Below the pieces are notes generated by a model. That model was not told where the DNA came from and ran no database searches. It worked only from the letters and a program-made list of their open reading frames with translations. 64,000 bases of DNA from Polyangiales bacterium (GTDB lineage Bacteria > Myxococcota_A > Polyangia > Polyangiales > Ga0077539), in contig JBGARZ010000007.1 in NCBI GenBank assembly GCA_044229975.1, forward strand, positions 32,001-96,000. The letters are read 5' to 3'. Made by a program: the position numbers and the translations under genes. Below, piece by piece: positions 27,546-37,019 of this stretch; the stretch's first letter is position 1, and the number at the start of each line of letters is the position of its first letter.

Positions 27546-29297
27546 CTACGCCCGCTCCAACCGCCCGCGCACCATGGCCCGCGCGATGGGGTGGTACCCC
27601 GCCGCCGCCCGCTCGAACACCGTCCGCGCCAGCGCCGCCGTCTCGGGTCGCGCCAGCAGCGCTCCGTACAACGGCGCCAGGTACTTCATCCGCCCGACGC
27701 TCGTCAGCACGCGCTCCACCTCCGGCAGCACCACGTCGTAGCCGCTCGCGAGCGCCACCCGCAGCCACGCCACCTTCACCTCCACGTTGCCCGTCGCGGT
27801 GAACCCGAAGCGCTCATCCAGCGTCGCGCAGTACGCCGCCGTCTGCGGCCGCGGCAGCCGATCGAGCCACAGTTGCCACTCCGTCGCGGTGAGCTTCGTG
27901 CCGGCTTCGGGCAGCGCGTCACCCCGCGCGATGATCGCGTCGAGCCTCTCCGAGCGCGCCGACGGCGCGTTGTCGGGAAGACCCTCGCCGTCGATCCAGC
28001 GGTGCGCCTCGACGCGCGCCAGAACGCCCGGCAGCGCCCGCTCGGTGAAGGCCACGAACCCCTCGGTGGTCACCGCGCCGAAGCGAAACTCCTCCAGGTA
28101 GCGCTTCGCGAACTCATCAAAGGCCACGCGCCCTACCGCCGCTTCGATGGCCCTCAAGAAGAGGTTCCCCTTGTCGTACGGAACCGTACTGAACGCCTCA
28201 TCGGGGTCGACCCCGTCGAGGTGCGTTCGGAGCTTCGTGAGCTCGGCGTGGCCGTCGCGCCTGAAGCGGGCGATGGTCTCTTCGAGGTCGCGGCGGCAGA
28301 TGGCGGCGAGCAGCGTGGCGACGTCGCTGCCCTCCAGCGCCTCGACGATGCGCAGCTCGGCGTAGCGGGTCCATCCCTCGTTGAGCCAGAAGTGCTCGGC
28401 GTGGGCGTTGGTGACGAGGTTGCCCGTCCAGGCGTGGGCGAGCTCGTGCGCGATCACCCGCACCTGCGAGCGGTCGCCCGCGAGGAGCGTCGGCGTGACG
28501 AAGGTGAGCCGCGGGTTCTCCATGCCGCCGTACGGAAACGATGGCGGCATGACGAGGATGTCGAAGCGGTCCCACGCGTACGGGCCGAAGAGGGACTCAC
28601 CCGCGTCGAGCATGCCGTTGACGCCATCGAACTCCCACGCCGCGCGGTCGACCACCGAGGGCTCTGCCCACACGCGGCTGCGCGGCCCGAGCTCACGCGA
28701 CGCGAGGTCGCCCACCGCGAAGGCGAAGAGGTACGGAGCGATGGGCTGCGGCATGGTCCAGCGCTCGATGGCCACGGCACCCTCGACGTCGCGTCCCTCG
28801 AAGCCGGCGGCCATCAGTCCGCGCAACGCGGCGGGCACCGTGAGCGTCGCGCGAAAGGTGATGCGCCGCTGCGGCGAGTCCTGCAACGGAACCACCGACC
28901 GCGCGTGGATGGCCTGGCACTGCGAGAAGAGAAAGGGCTGTGCGCCGCCCGCCGTCTGCGCGGGGTCGAGCCACTGGAGCGCGCTGGCGTCGGCGGCGGT
29001 GCGGTAGCTGATGGCGACGGAGCGGGTGTCGTCGGCGAGGGTGAGCGAGAGGCGCGCGCCGAGGATGGCGTCTTCGTCGTGCAGCGCGAAGGGGACGGGT
29101 CGCCCGTGGTCGTCGGTGACGGCGCTGATGGAGAGCGCGCGCGTGTCGAGGTCGAGCGGTCCCGACGCGGGGGCGTCGAGGTGCAGCGTGGCCGTCGCGT
29201 CGAGGGTGTGGGCGGCGAAGTCGACGCGGGCGTTCCAGACGAGGGCGGTGACCTTCGGGTGGGCGTCGTCGGTGTACGAGTGGGGGTCGATGCGCAT
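27546..29297 (-). CDS. M1 aminopeptidase (leukotriene A4 hydrolase-like)
   Basis: DPHSY, SQCQAIHAR, GGMENP, HELAH...NEG, PYDKG, VGRMKY. Confidence 0.95.
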   Translation of the reverse strand: MRIDPHSYTDDAHPKVTALVWNARVDFAAHTLDATATLHLDAPASGPLDLDTRALSISAVTDDHGRPVPFALHDEDAILGARLSLTLADDTRSVAISYRTAADASALQWLDPAQTAGGAQPFLFSQCQAIHARSVVPLQDSPQRRITFRATLTVPAALRGLMAAGFEGRDVEGAVAIERWTMPQPIAPYLFAFAVGDLASRELGPRSRVWAEPSVVDRAAWEFDGVNGMLDAGESLFGPYAWDRFDILVMPPSFPYGGMENPRLTFVTPTLLAGDRSQVRVIAHELAHAWTGNLVTNAHAEHFWLNEGWTRYAELRIVEALEGSDVATLLAAICRRDLEETIARFRRDGHAELTKLRTHLDGVDPDEAFSTVPYDKGNLFLRAIEAAVGRVAFDEFAKRYLEEFRFGAVTTEGFVAFTERALPGVLARVEAHRWIDGEGLPDNAPSARSERLDAIIARGDALPEAGTKLTATEWQLWLDRLPRPQTAAYCATLDERFGFTATGNVEVKVAWLRVALASGYDVVLPEVERVLTSVGRMKYLAPLYGALLARPETAALARTVFERAAAGYHPIARAMVRGRLERA

Positions 29298-29354
29298 GGG
29301 GCGCGGAGGATAGACCCGTGCGCAACGGCCTTGCACAGCCATCGCGGGCTGCAC

Positions 29355-29373
29355 TGCGCAACGGGGTTGCGCA
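29355..29373. promoter_or_regulatory. Palindromic putative regulator-binding site
   Basis: TGCGCAAC-GGG-GTTGCGCA perfect 8-bp inverted repeat, 30 nt upstream of a sigma54 motif. Confidence 0.45.
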
Positions 29374-29403
29374 ACGCGGTCGCCTTCCGCGGCACAACCC
29401 GCG

Positions 29404-29418
29404 TGGCACCACCGTTGC
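29404..29418 (+). promoter_or_regulatory. Sigma54 promoter (-24/-12)
   Basis: TGGCAC-CACCG-TTGC matches TGGCAC-N5-TTGC. Confidence 0.7.
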
Positions 29419-29432
29419 GATGGCTCTCGTCC

Positions 29433-29762
29433 ATGAACAAGCAGCCCGTCACCCCGACCACCCTCCGCTACTGGCTCATCGCGTACGTGAGCGAGCTCAC
29501 CAACGTTCGCCCCGACCGCGTCGACCCGCGCCGCTCGCTGCGTCAGTTCGGCGTCGATCGGCGCCTCGTCGCGGAGCTCGCCGTCCGACTGGAGACGCTG
29601 CTGGGACGCCGGGTCCTGCCGTCGACCATCATGTGCCATGACACCCTCGGCGCGCTCTCTGAGCGCCTCGCGGGCGCCCCACGCCGGCTGCCCGTCACCG
29701 TCGAGTCGCTCGACGAGCTGGTGATGTCCGTCACGATGGACGCCTGCGCCGCGCACTGCTGA
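29433..29762 (+). CDS. Acyl-carrier-protein-like protein lacking the phosphopantetheine serine
   Basis: LRYWLIAYVSEL...VDPRRSLRQFGVDRR...LETLLGRRV.P......TL.ALSERL follows the PP-binding pattern, but G.DS is GVDR. Confidence 0.75.
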   Translation: MNKQPVTPTTLRYWLIAYVSELTNVRPDRVDPRRSLRQFGVDRRLVAELAVRLETLLGRRVLPSTIMCHDTLGALSERLAGAPRRLPVTVESLDELVMSVTMDACAAHC

Positions 29763-29814
29763 GCCGCCCCTCCGCCATGGACGAACGCCCGCCGACTGAG
29801 GCACCGTCCTCTCC

Positions 29815-32151
29815 ATGTCCGCCGGTCGCGCGCTGCGCTGTTTGCTGGCTCTCGGGCTGCTCGTCGCGGTCGGCTGCTCCAGCGGAACGGTCATCGACAA
29901 CGGTCCCCTCGACGACGCGGGCGCCTTCGTCGACGACCTCTTCAAGAAGCCCTGGGACGATCGCGAACCCCTGCCCGACGACACCGGCCTCGGCCTGAGC
30001 AGCGTCTGCGGCGACGGTCGCACCGACCCCGATGAAGCCTGCGACCCGGGCGACGAGTCCACCGCGCCGCCCACCTGCGCGGCGCTCGACCCTGCCTTCG
30101 CCAGCGGTGTCGTCGGCTGCCTGCCGTCGTGTCAGTTCGACGTGTCGTCGTGCACCTACCGCCCGACCGATCCGGCGCTCTGCGGCAACGGTCGCCTCGA
30201 CCCCACCGAGGAGTGCGACCCCATGGGCGCCGCCGTGCGCTGCGAGACGCCCGCCTGGCGCGACGCCCCCGCGCGCTGCTCCGCCGACTGCCGCATCGAC
30301 CGCACCGCGTGCGTCCGTGCGACCCGCTGCGGCAACAACATCACCGAACCCGGCGAGACCTGCGACGACGGCAACACCGCCCGCTGCGACGGCTGCTCCG
30401 ACGCGTGCCTCACCGAGCCCGACGGGCTCTGCGCACCGCCGCCCGACAACCCCCCGCCGCCCGTCGACAACACCCCCGCCACGGGTGACATCCGCGATGC
30501 GCGCGCCCGCTGCCGCGACCCCGGCGTGCTCGCCGCCGCGCAGGCCGGGCCCGAGCTCACCGTCCCCTACGCGCTGCACATCTGCCAGCGCCGCGGGACG
30601 CTCGTGCGCCCGCTCGAAGACGTTCAGTCCGTCATGGACCGCGTGCGCGCCGTCTTCCGCGTGAGCGCGCGCCTCGCCCTCGTCGAGGTCGACGTGCAGT
30701 ACTTCTCCCATCCGTCGTGCCAGTTCGCGCGCGGCAACGAGGCCATCCGCACGCAGATCATCGGCGCCACCACGCCGGGCGTCGTCCCCATCGCCATCGT
30801 CGATGGCCTCACCGACGATGCCTCGGGCCGTCCCCTCGGCGGGCTCGCGCAGGCCGGGCGCGTGGTGTTCGTCTCGGACATCCGTCGCGACACCGGGGTC
30901 ACCGCCACGCCGACGGTGCTCGACGAGCAGGCGCTCACCCACGAGCTCGGTCACTTCTTCGGGCTCGCCCACACCTTCGAGTGCAGCGACGGCCGCGCCG
31001 ACGCCGCCCGCTGCGCGACCACCGGCGACATGCTCTGCGACACGCCCATCGACCGCGGCCCCGCGGGCCTTGCGGACATCGCGGTCTGCGACGACGGCGC
31101 CCACCTCAACGGCTCCTGCGCTCCGTGCAGCGGCGACGGAACCGTCAACCGCCGCTGCCGCTCCACCTGCGTCGGCGCGGCGTGCAGCGCGGCCGAGCCC
31201 GCGGCCCCCGATCGCCTCAACTTCATGGGCTACTACTTCTGCACGCCGGGGCGCTTCACGCCCAACCAGGGGGCGTACCTGCGGTGCGTCGTTCAGAACG
31301 AGATGCGCCGCTACAACCACGGCAACTCGTGCGGCGACAACCAGTGCGACTGGTACGAGGACGACGTCTCGTGCCCGCGCGACTGCGGCGGGAGCTGCCT
31401 GCGCTTCGAGCGCGACGAAGCACCCGGTGGACCTTCCTGCGGCGGCCTCGCGCTCGCGTACACGGCGGCCAGCGTCAACCTCGCCTACTACCCCTTCACC
31501 GTGACGCGCGCGACGCGGCTGCTCTCGGGCGGTCCGTCGTGCGTGGGCGATGGGCGCAACGGGCAGGTCTTCGACGAGCTCGCGCCGGGGCAGATCTTCA
31601 TGGCGCAGTCCAAGCGCAATCGCCGCTGCGGCAACCGCCCCGGCCTCCGCAGCACCCTGGCCGCGGGCTCGTCGCGCTACCGCTTCGGGTATCTCGTCAA
31701 CGCGCTCAACCCGGCCCGTGCCTACGGCTGGGTCGACGTGGCCGCGCTCGGTGACTCACCGCCCGCGACGGGCGCGTGCAACGCGGGTCTCTTCAACGAA
31801 GGCTTCCAGGCGCCGTACAACCCGCGCACCTGCCAGCGGAGCCTGTGCAGCGGCCGCAACACCTGCGCGTCGGCCAACCCCGCGAGCCAGGGCGCTGATG
31901 ACTGCGAGGGCGGCATGCTCGACGAGGCGCGCCCGGTGCGCGAGGTCAACGCGACGGTGCTCCCGATGTACTTCGCGCCGGACTACGCGCCGAAGCGGTT
32001 TCTGCATCGAGGCGATCGGGTGTCGATTCTCTACCGCGGGCACGACGGCTGGGTCTTCGTCGCGACCGGCGACAACACTCCCGGATGCGGGATCTTCTCG
32101 ACCGGACAAGGCTGGGTGCTGCTGTCGAGTCTGCGCATTCCCGACGAGTGA
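29815..32151 (+). CDS. Lipoprotein with myxobacterial Cys-rich repeats and an M43-like zinc metalloprotease domain
   Basis: AVGC lipobox; CG.G.....E.CD repeats, ETCDDGN...DGCS..C; HELGHFFGLAHTF, CDTP, NFMGY Met-turn. Confidence 0.85.
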   Translation: MSAGRALRCLLALGLLVAVGCSSGTVIDNGPLDDAGAFVDDLFKKPWDDREPLPDDTGLGLSSVCGDGRTDPDEACDPGDESTAPPTCAALDPAFASGVVGCLPSCQFDVSSCTYRPTDPALCGNGRLDPTEECDPMGAAVRCETPAWRDAPARCSADCRIDRTACVRATRCGNNITEPGETCDDGNTARCDGCSDACLTEPDGLCAPPPDNPPPPVDNTPATGDIRDARARCRDPGVLAAAQAGPELTVPYALHICQRRGTLVRPLEDVQSVMDRVRAVFRVSARLALVEVDVQYFSHPSCQFARGNEAIRTQIIGATTPGVVPIAIVDGLTDDASGRPLGGLAQAGRVVFVSDIRRDTGVTATPTVLDEQALTHELGHFFGLAHTFECSDGRADAARCATTGDMLCDTPIDRGPAGLADIAVCDDGAHLNGSCAPCSGDGTVNRRCRSTCVGAACSAAEPAAPDRLNFMGYYFCTPGRFTPNQGAYLRCVVQNEMRRYNHGNSCGDNQCDWYEDDVSCPRDCGGSCLRFERDEAPGGPSCGGLALAYTAASVNLAYYPFTVTRATRLLSGGPSCVGDGRNGQVFDELAPGQIFMAQSKRNRRCGNRPGLRSTLAAGSSRYRFGYLVNALNPARAYGWVDVAALGDSPPATGACNAGLFNEGFQAPYNPRTCQRSLCSGRNTCASANPASQGADDCEGGMLDEARPVREVNATVLPMYFAPDYAPKRFLHRGDRVSILYRGHDGWVFVATGDNTPGCGIFSTGQGWVLLSSLRIPDE

Positions 32152-32198
32152 CGTATCGCTGAAGCGGCGTCGGCTTTGTGGCCATTCAGCTACATCCG

Positions 32199-34247
32199 AT
32201 GCGCTTGAAATGGCTTCTTCTCCCGACGTATCTGCTGCTGTCGACCTTCGTTCAGGGATGCGTCACTGCCGCCGCTGATGAGTCACTGTCGCCGCGCGCG
32301 GACGCGTCGACCGTGCGCGACGTCGCGACCGCGGACGCTCCCTCCGACGACGCTCCAAGCGCTCCTCCCATCGTCGTGACACCGGCCCCCGCGGCGCTCT
32401 CGTCGGTGCTCGGCACCTGGTACCTCAACGTCGGTGGTGCGCGCGTCGTCGCGACCTTCGCGTGGGACACCATCGAGGGCTCCCTCCACGGAACCATCCT
32501 CGACGAGTCCGTCGAGCCCGGCACGACGCCGGATGCGCTCACCGAGGTCGCGTGGGATGACGCCGGGGCGCTGCGCTTCCGCCGCACGAGCGCCAACCGC
32601 GACGACATCGACTGGTATCGGGTGAGCGTGGTGGAGGGCGTGCTCACGGGCCGCGTCGCTCCCCATGAGCCAACGGGCGCGGAGCCTCTCATCGCGCGCT
32701 ACCTCACCCACGTCACCGGCTGGAACGCCACATACCTCGACCGCGACCTCGTCCCGCGGACGTGGGATCTGCTCTTCGACAACGGCGAGCGCGCGACGCT
32801 GCGCATCGACCGCTCCCGCTCGGGGCTCACGGCCTACGCGGGAACGCTCAAGGTGTACGCGACGCAGTCACGCGGCATCGTCGACGAGCAGTTCGAGCAC
32901 GACGTCGGGGTGCTGTACTGGGACGGGGTTCACCTGGGGTTCTACGTGATGGACGGTGAGCTTCAGCGGTACTACTCGGGCACGGTCGCGGGGCGCACCA
33001 TCGCGGGCCGGTACTCGATGCCCGACACGGGCGATGAGCACATGTGGGCGGGCGATCGTCACGACGTGCTGGGCTACGGGCTGGCGTCGCGTTCGGTGGC
33101 GGAGCGCGAGGCGTGGCAGTCGCGGGCTCGCCGGCAGATCGCGCACATGGTGATGGCCGACGCGCCGGAGCCGATCACGACGGAGGTGACGGTGCTGGCG
33201 GACGACCTGGCGCCCATGGTCGGCGCGGCGATCAACCCGGCGCGCGACGACGCGGAAGAGACGCACCCGCAGGGCTATCGACTCAGCGAAGTACGCATCA
33301 CGTACAAGCTCCCGAACCCCTACGGCACCGAGCCGTTGACGCGATGGGTTCACGCGTACGTGGCGCGCCCGACGACGCCCGCGCCGGCGGGTGGATACCC
33401 CGTGGCGGTGGCGGTCAACGGACACTTCGGAAGCGCGTACCAGGCGATGTCACCGGACAACGCGTACTGGTATGGAGACGCGTTTGCGCGTCGGGGTTAT
33501 CTGGTGGTGGCGGTGGACGTCTCGCACCGGCCCTTGGCCGATCGTCGCGGGCTCTACGTCGACCTGACCGATGGCGACGACCCGGCGCATGGCAACGGGA
33601 CGCACCCCTCGGTCGCGGCACCCGGCATGGGGACGGACTGGGAAGAAGACGGCGAGCGCGCATGGGACCTGATGCGGGGTGTGGACTACGCGCTGTCGCA
33701 GCCGGGGGTCAACGCGCGGCGCGTGGTGACGGTGGGTCTGTCGATGGGGGGCGAAGTGACGTCCATCGCGGGTGCGTTGGACGAGCGGCAGGCGGTGGTG
33801 ATTCCAACGGGCTTCTCGCCCGACGTGGCGGTGTACCGCTATCGACACCACGCCTGCTGGGATTGGGCGTATGCGGACGTCAACGAATACATCGACGTGT
33901 CGGACTACCACGCGCTGGTGGCGCCTCGCGGGCTCGTGGTGGAGACGGGTCGGTTGGATACGACGTACTCGGTGTCTGTTGATCCGTTCGCGTCGGACAA
34001 GCAGGTGTTGCGACGGAGCCGGGCGGCGTTTCGCGATGTGCCCGAGCGGGTGATCCATTACCTGCACTACGACGGTCACGCGTTTCACGTGGGCGGGGTC
34101 GCGGCGGCGGTGTTGCCGGAGTGGGGCGTGAGGGTTCCGCGGGCGATCGCGCCGACGACGATGTGGTCGGACGAGTGGCAGGGCGACGAGGAGACGCGGG
34201 TGGTGGCGCCGACGCTCTTCGACGCGGTGGAGCGGCTGCTGCGGTGA
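32199..34247 (+). CDS. Lipoprotein with C-terminal alpha/beta hydrolase
   Basis: VQGC lipobox; GLSMGG nucleophile motif, LVAPR, GH. Confidence 0.8.
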   Translation: MRLKWLLLPTYLLLSTFVQGCVTAAADESLSPRADASTVRDVATADAPSDDAPSAPPIVVTPAPAALSSVLGTWYLNVGGARVVATFAWDTIEGSLHGTILDESVEPGTTPDALTEVAWDDAGALRFRRTSANRDDIDWYRVSVVEGVLTGRVAPHEPTGAEPLIARYLTHVTGWNATYLDRDLVPRTWDLLFDNGERATLRIDRSRSGLTAYAGTLKVYATQSRGIVDEQFEHDVGVLYWDGVHLGFYVMDGELQRYYSGTVAGRTIAGRYSMPDTGDEHMWAGDRHDVLGYGLASRSVAEREAWQSRARRQIAHMVMADAPEPITTEVTVLADDLAPMVGAAINPARDDAEETHPQGYRLSEVRITYKLPNPYGTEPLTRWVHAYVARPTTPAPAGGYPVAVAVNGHFGSAYQAMSPDNAYWYGDAFARRGYLVVAVDVSHRPLADRRGLYVDLTDGDDPAHGNGTHPSVAAPGMGTDWEEDGERAWDLMRGVDYALSQPGVNARRVVTVGLSMGGEVTSIAGALDERQAVVIPTGFSPDVAVYRYRHHACWDWAYADVNEYIDVSDYHALVAPRGLVVETGRLDTTYSVSVDPFASDKQVLRRSRAAFRDVPERVIHYLHYDGHAFHVGGVAAAVLPEWGVRVPRAIAPTTMWSDEWQGDEETRVVAPTLFDAVERLLR

Positions 34248-34249
34248 GT

Positions 34250-34434
34250 GGAGCACCCGCCCAGGCCCGCGGTCGTCGGCCTTACCCGGAGGGACGCGCC
34301 CGCCCACGTTCGTGGTCGTCTGCCTCGGGAGAAGAGAGCCTCGTGCGCGGCGAGCCGGACCTCGTCGACCGCGGACGTGGGCGGTCGCGTCCCTCCGGGT
34401 AAGGCCGACGACTGCGGACGTAGGCGGGTGCTCC
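34250..34434. repeat. Long inverted repeat, 69-bp arms (62/69), 47-nt spacer
   Basis: Arms 34250-34318 and 34366-34434, core gtcgtcggccttacccggagggacgcg. Confidence 0.95.
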
Positions 34435-34478
34435 CAGACGTCGGGCGCTCGTTGACGTCTCTCCGTCCCGGGCGGTAG

Positions 34479-35267
34479 ATGCCCCGCACCGTGCTCCTCG
34501 GCCAACGACTCGCGGTGGTCATCCCCGCCTACAACACCGGCGCACGCGTGCTTCGCGTGCTCGACACCCTGCCGCCCTTCGTCGACCTCGCCGTCGTCGT
34601 CGATGACGCCAGCGCCGACGACACCGCCGCCGTGCTCGCCTCCGTCTCGCGCCCCGACCTCGTCGTCGTCCGTCACGCCGACAACCGCGGCGTCGGCGGC
34701 GCCCTCGCCACCGGCTACCGCGAGGCCCTCGCCCGCCACTGCGACCTCGTCGCCGTCATGGCCGGCGACGCCCAGATGGACCCGGCCGACCTCCTCGCCC
34801 TCGCCACCCCCGTCGCCGAGGGCCGCGCCGACTATGCCAAGGGCAACCGCCTCCGCCACGCCGACTGCGCCCGCGCCATGCCCGCCGTGCGCCACGTCGG
34901 CAATCGTGTTCTCTCGGCGATGACCCGTCTCGCCACCGGGCTCGACCACGTCGGTGACTCCCAGTGCGGCTACACCGTCACCTCCGCGCGCGCCCTGCGC
35001 TCGCTCGACCTCGACGCTCTCTGGCGGCGCTACGGCTACCCCAACCACCTGCTCGGCGCGCTCGCGCTACAGGGACATCGCGTCGTCGACGTGGTGGTGC
35101 GACCCGTCTACGCCGACGAGGTCAGCGGCATCCGCTGGCGCGACGCGCTCGTCGTCATCCCGCGCATCCTCCTCGCCGTCGCCATCGCGCGTCACACGGG
35201 GCGCGCGAAGGTCCCCTGGCTCGGCCTGCCCGGCACCACCGCCCTGGAGCGCGCCACCGATGTCTGA
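34479..35267 (+). CDS. Glycosyltransferase family 2
   Basis: VVIPAYN, VVDDAS.D, NRGVG, GDAQMD, DSQCGY. Confidence 0.92.
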   Translation: MPRTVLLGQRLAVVIPAYNTGARVLRVLDTLPPFVDLAVVVDDASADDTAAVLASVSRPDLVVVRHADNRGVGGALATGYREALARHCDLVAVMAGDAQMDPADLLALATPVAEGRADYAKGNRLRHADCARAMPAVRHVGNRVLSAMTRLATGLDHVGDSQCGYTVTSARALRSLDLDALWRRYGYPNHLLGALALQGHRVVDVVVRPVYADEVSGIRWRDALVVIPRILLAVAIARHTGRAKVPWLGLPGTTALERATDV

Positions 35268-35655
35268 AGCCGACGACGCCGCCGTCACCCCTGCCGACCT
35301 CAGCGCGCGCGCCATCGAAGCATCGACCGGTGAGCTCAACGCCCTCCTCGGACGCGGGACCCGCTTCGAAGGCAAGCTCACCTTCGAGGGGCGCGTTCGC
35401 ATCGATGGGGTCTTCGTGGGCGAGGTGTTCAGCGAAGGCGTGCTGGTCGTGGGGGAGGAGGCCGAGCTCACGGTCACCACCCTCGACGTCGGCACCCTCA
35501 TCGTCCGCGGCGGAACCGTCCGCGGCGACATCACCGCCCGCGCCGTCGTCGAGGTCTACGCGCCGTCCACCGTGCTCGGAAACATCTCCTCCCCGGAGGT
35601 CTTCATCGACAAGGGCGTGCGCTTCGAGGGCGGCGTCAAGATGCCCACGCCCTGA
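35260..35655 (+). CDS. Bactofilin (polymer-forming cytoskeletal protein)
   Basis: LLGRGTRFEGKLTFEGRVRIDG...V.GDI.A...V.GNI.SP...I..GV.FEG. Confidence 0.9.
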   Translation: MSEADDAAVTPADLSARAIEASTGELNALLGRGTRFEGKLTFEGRVRIDGVFVGEVFSEGVLVVGEEAELTVTTLDVGTLIVRGGTVRGDITARAVVEVYAPSTVLGNISSPEVFIDKGVRFEGGVKMPTP

Positions 35656-35696
35656 CATTGAATCCCACGGCTCTATCTTCCCGTCCGAGCCCACCG

Positions 35697-36377
35697 ATGC
35701 ACCCCTCTTCGCTTCGCCTCGCCCTTCCGCTCGCCCTCTCCCTCATCGCGGCCTCATCCGCAGCCATCGCGCAGACCCCACGCGACGCGGGCGCCCTCGA
35801 CGCCGCCGTCACCGCGAGCGCCGACGCGTCCACCGACGCTCCTCCCGCCGACGCTCGCTCTCCTGACGACATCGAGTCGTCGTCCGTCGAGGTGCCGGGC
35901 ATCTCCGTTCGCCGGGGTCGCGCCGAGACCGTCATCGATGCGCCCTTCGAGGTGGTCGCCCGCGCGGTGCTCGACTTCGCGCACTACAACACCTTCATGC
36001 CGCACGTGACCGAGGCCCGCGTGGTGCGCCGCAATCGCGCCGACACCGACGTCTACCTCCAGGTGCCGCTGCGCGGTGAGCTCGGGGTCATCTGGTCGCT
36101 CGTCCGGGTCAACGCCCAGCGAACGCCCAACCGCCTCGAACTCGCTGGCCACGCCATCGACGGCAACATGGAGCGCTTCGAGAGCAACACACTCATCGAG
36201 CGCATCGCGGGCCCGACACCCCGCACGCGCCTGGTGTTCACGCTGCTCGCCCAGCCGCGGCTGCCCTTTCCCTCGTCGGTGTTCACCCGCGAGAACGTCA
36301 GCGCCTCGCGGACGGTCGCCAACAACCTCCGCGCGCAGATCGTTCGCTCCCTCGTCGACGCAGGAACTCCCCGCTGA
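35697..36377 (+). CDS. Exported SRPBCC/START-like domain protein
   Basis: Signal peptide; VIDAP.E.V...V.DF..Y..FMP.V. Confidence 0.75.
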   Translation: MHPSSLRLALPLALSLIAASSAAIAQTPRDAGALDAAVTASADASTDAPPADARSPDDIESSSVEVPGISVRRGRAETVIDAPFEVVARAVLDFAHYNTFMPHVTEARVVRRNRADTDVYLQVPLRGELGVIWSLVRVNAQRTPNRLELAGHAIDGNMERFESNTLIERIAGPTPRTRLVFTLLAQPRLPFPSSVFTRENVSASRTVANNLRAQIVRSLVDAGTPR

Positions 36378-36421
36378 AGCATTGTCTCCCGCGGCGCGGA
36401 CCCTACGAGTCCTCTGACGCC

Positions 36422-36451
36422 TTGACCCTCGCAAACGTCGGGTGATAGAAG
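36422..36451 (+). promoter_or_regulatory. Possible sigma70 promoter of the atp cluster
   Basis: TTGACC-N18-TAGAAG upstream of 36543. Confidence 0.35.
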
Positions 36452-36542
36452 CCGCGCGACCTCCGCCCCAGAGGGTGAAGCACCGCGCGTCGAAACCCCG
36501 TTTTTCCAGCCGGGTCCGACGGCCTCCGCAGGAGCCTCCACA

Positions 36543-37019
36543 ATGCTGCCCAACGATCTCGTCCTGCTCGTCGCCAACGAACGCCCGCTCATCAACGTCG
36601 ACATCACCCTCCTGCTCAACCTCGGGGTGTGGTTCGGGTTGTTCTTCTTCCTGCGCGCGACGCTGTGGAAGCCGATGCTGGCCGTGATCGACGCCCGCGA
36701 GTCGGGCACCGCGGGCGCCCGCGCCGAAGCCGCCACCCTCGACGCCGAGGCGAAGGCCCTCAAGGCCTCCCTCGACGAGAAGCTCACCGCGGCCCGCACC
36801 ACGGCCGCCAAGGCCCGCGAGGCCCTGCGCACCGACGGCACCCGCACCGAAAACGAGCTGCTCGCCAAGGCCCGCGAAGAGGTCATGGCCGCGGTCGAGA
36901 AGCAGCGCGCCGACATCGCGGCGCAGCGGGAGAAGGTCCGCGGCGAGGTCCTGGCGCTCGTGCCGGAGCTCGCCCGCAGCATCGCGGCGAAGGTTCTGCG
37001 TCGGGAGGTTCAGTCGTGA
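36543..37019 (+). CDS. ATP synthase F0 subunit b'
   Basis: N-terminal TM, LWKP....D.RE, coiled coil; first gene of the atp cluster. Confidence 0.88.
   Translation: MLPNDLVLLVANERPLINVDITLLLNLGVWFGLFFFLRATLWKPMLAVIDARESGTAGARAEAATLDAEAKALKASLDEKLTAARTTAAKAREALRTDGTRTENELLAKAREEVMAAVEKQRADIAAQREKVRGEVLALVPELARSIAAKVLRREVQS

Noticed and set aside
34248..34478. Short ORFs across the long inverted repeats (also 40777-41154, 7357-7584)
   Set aside because: Explained by palindromic non-coding elements; no protein-like features
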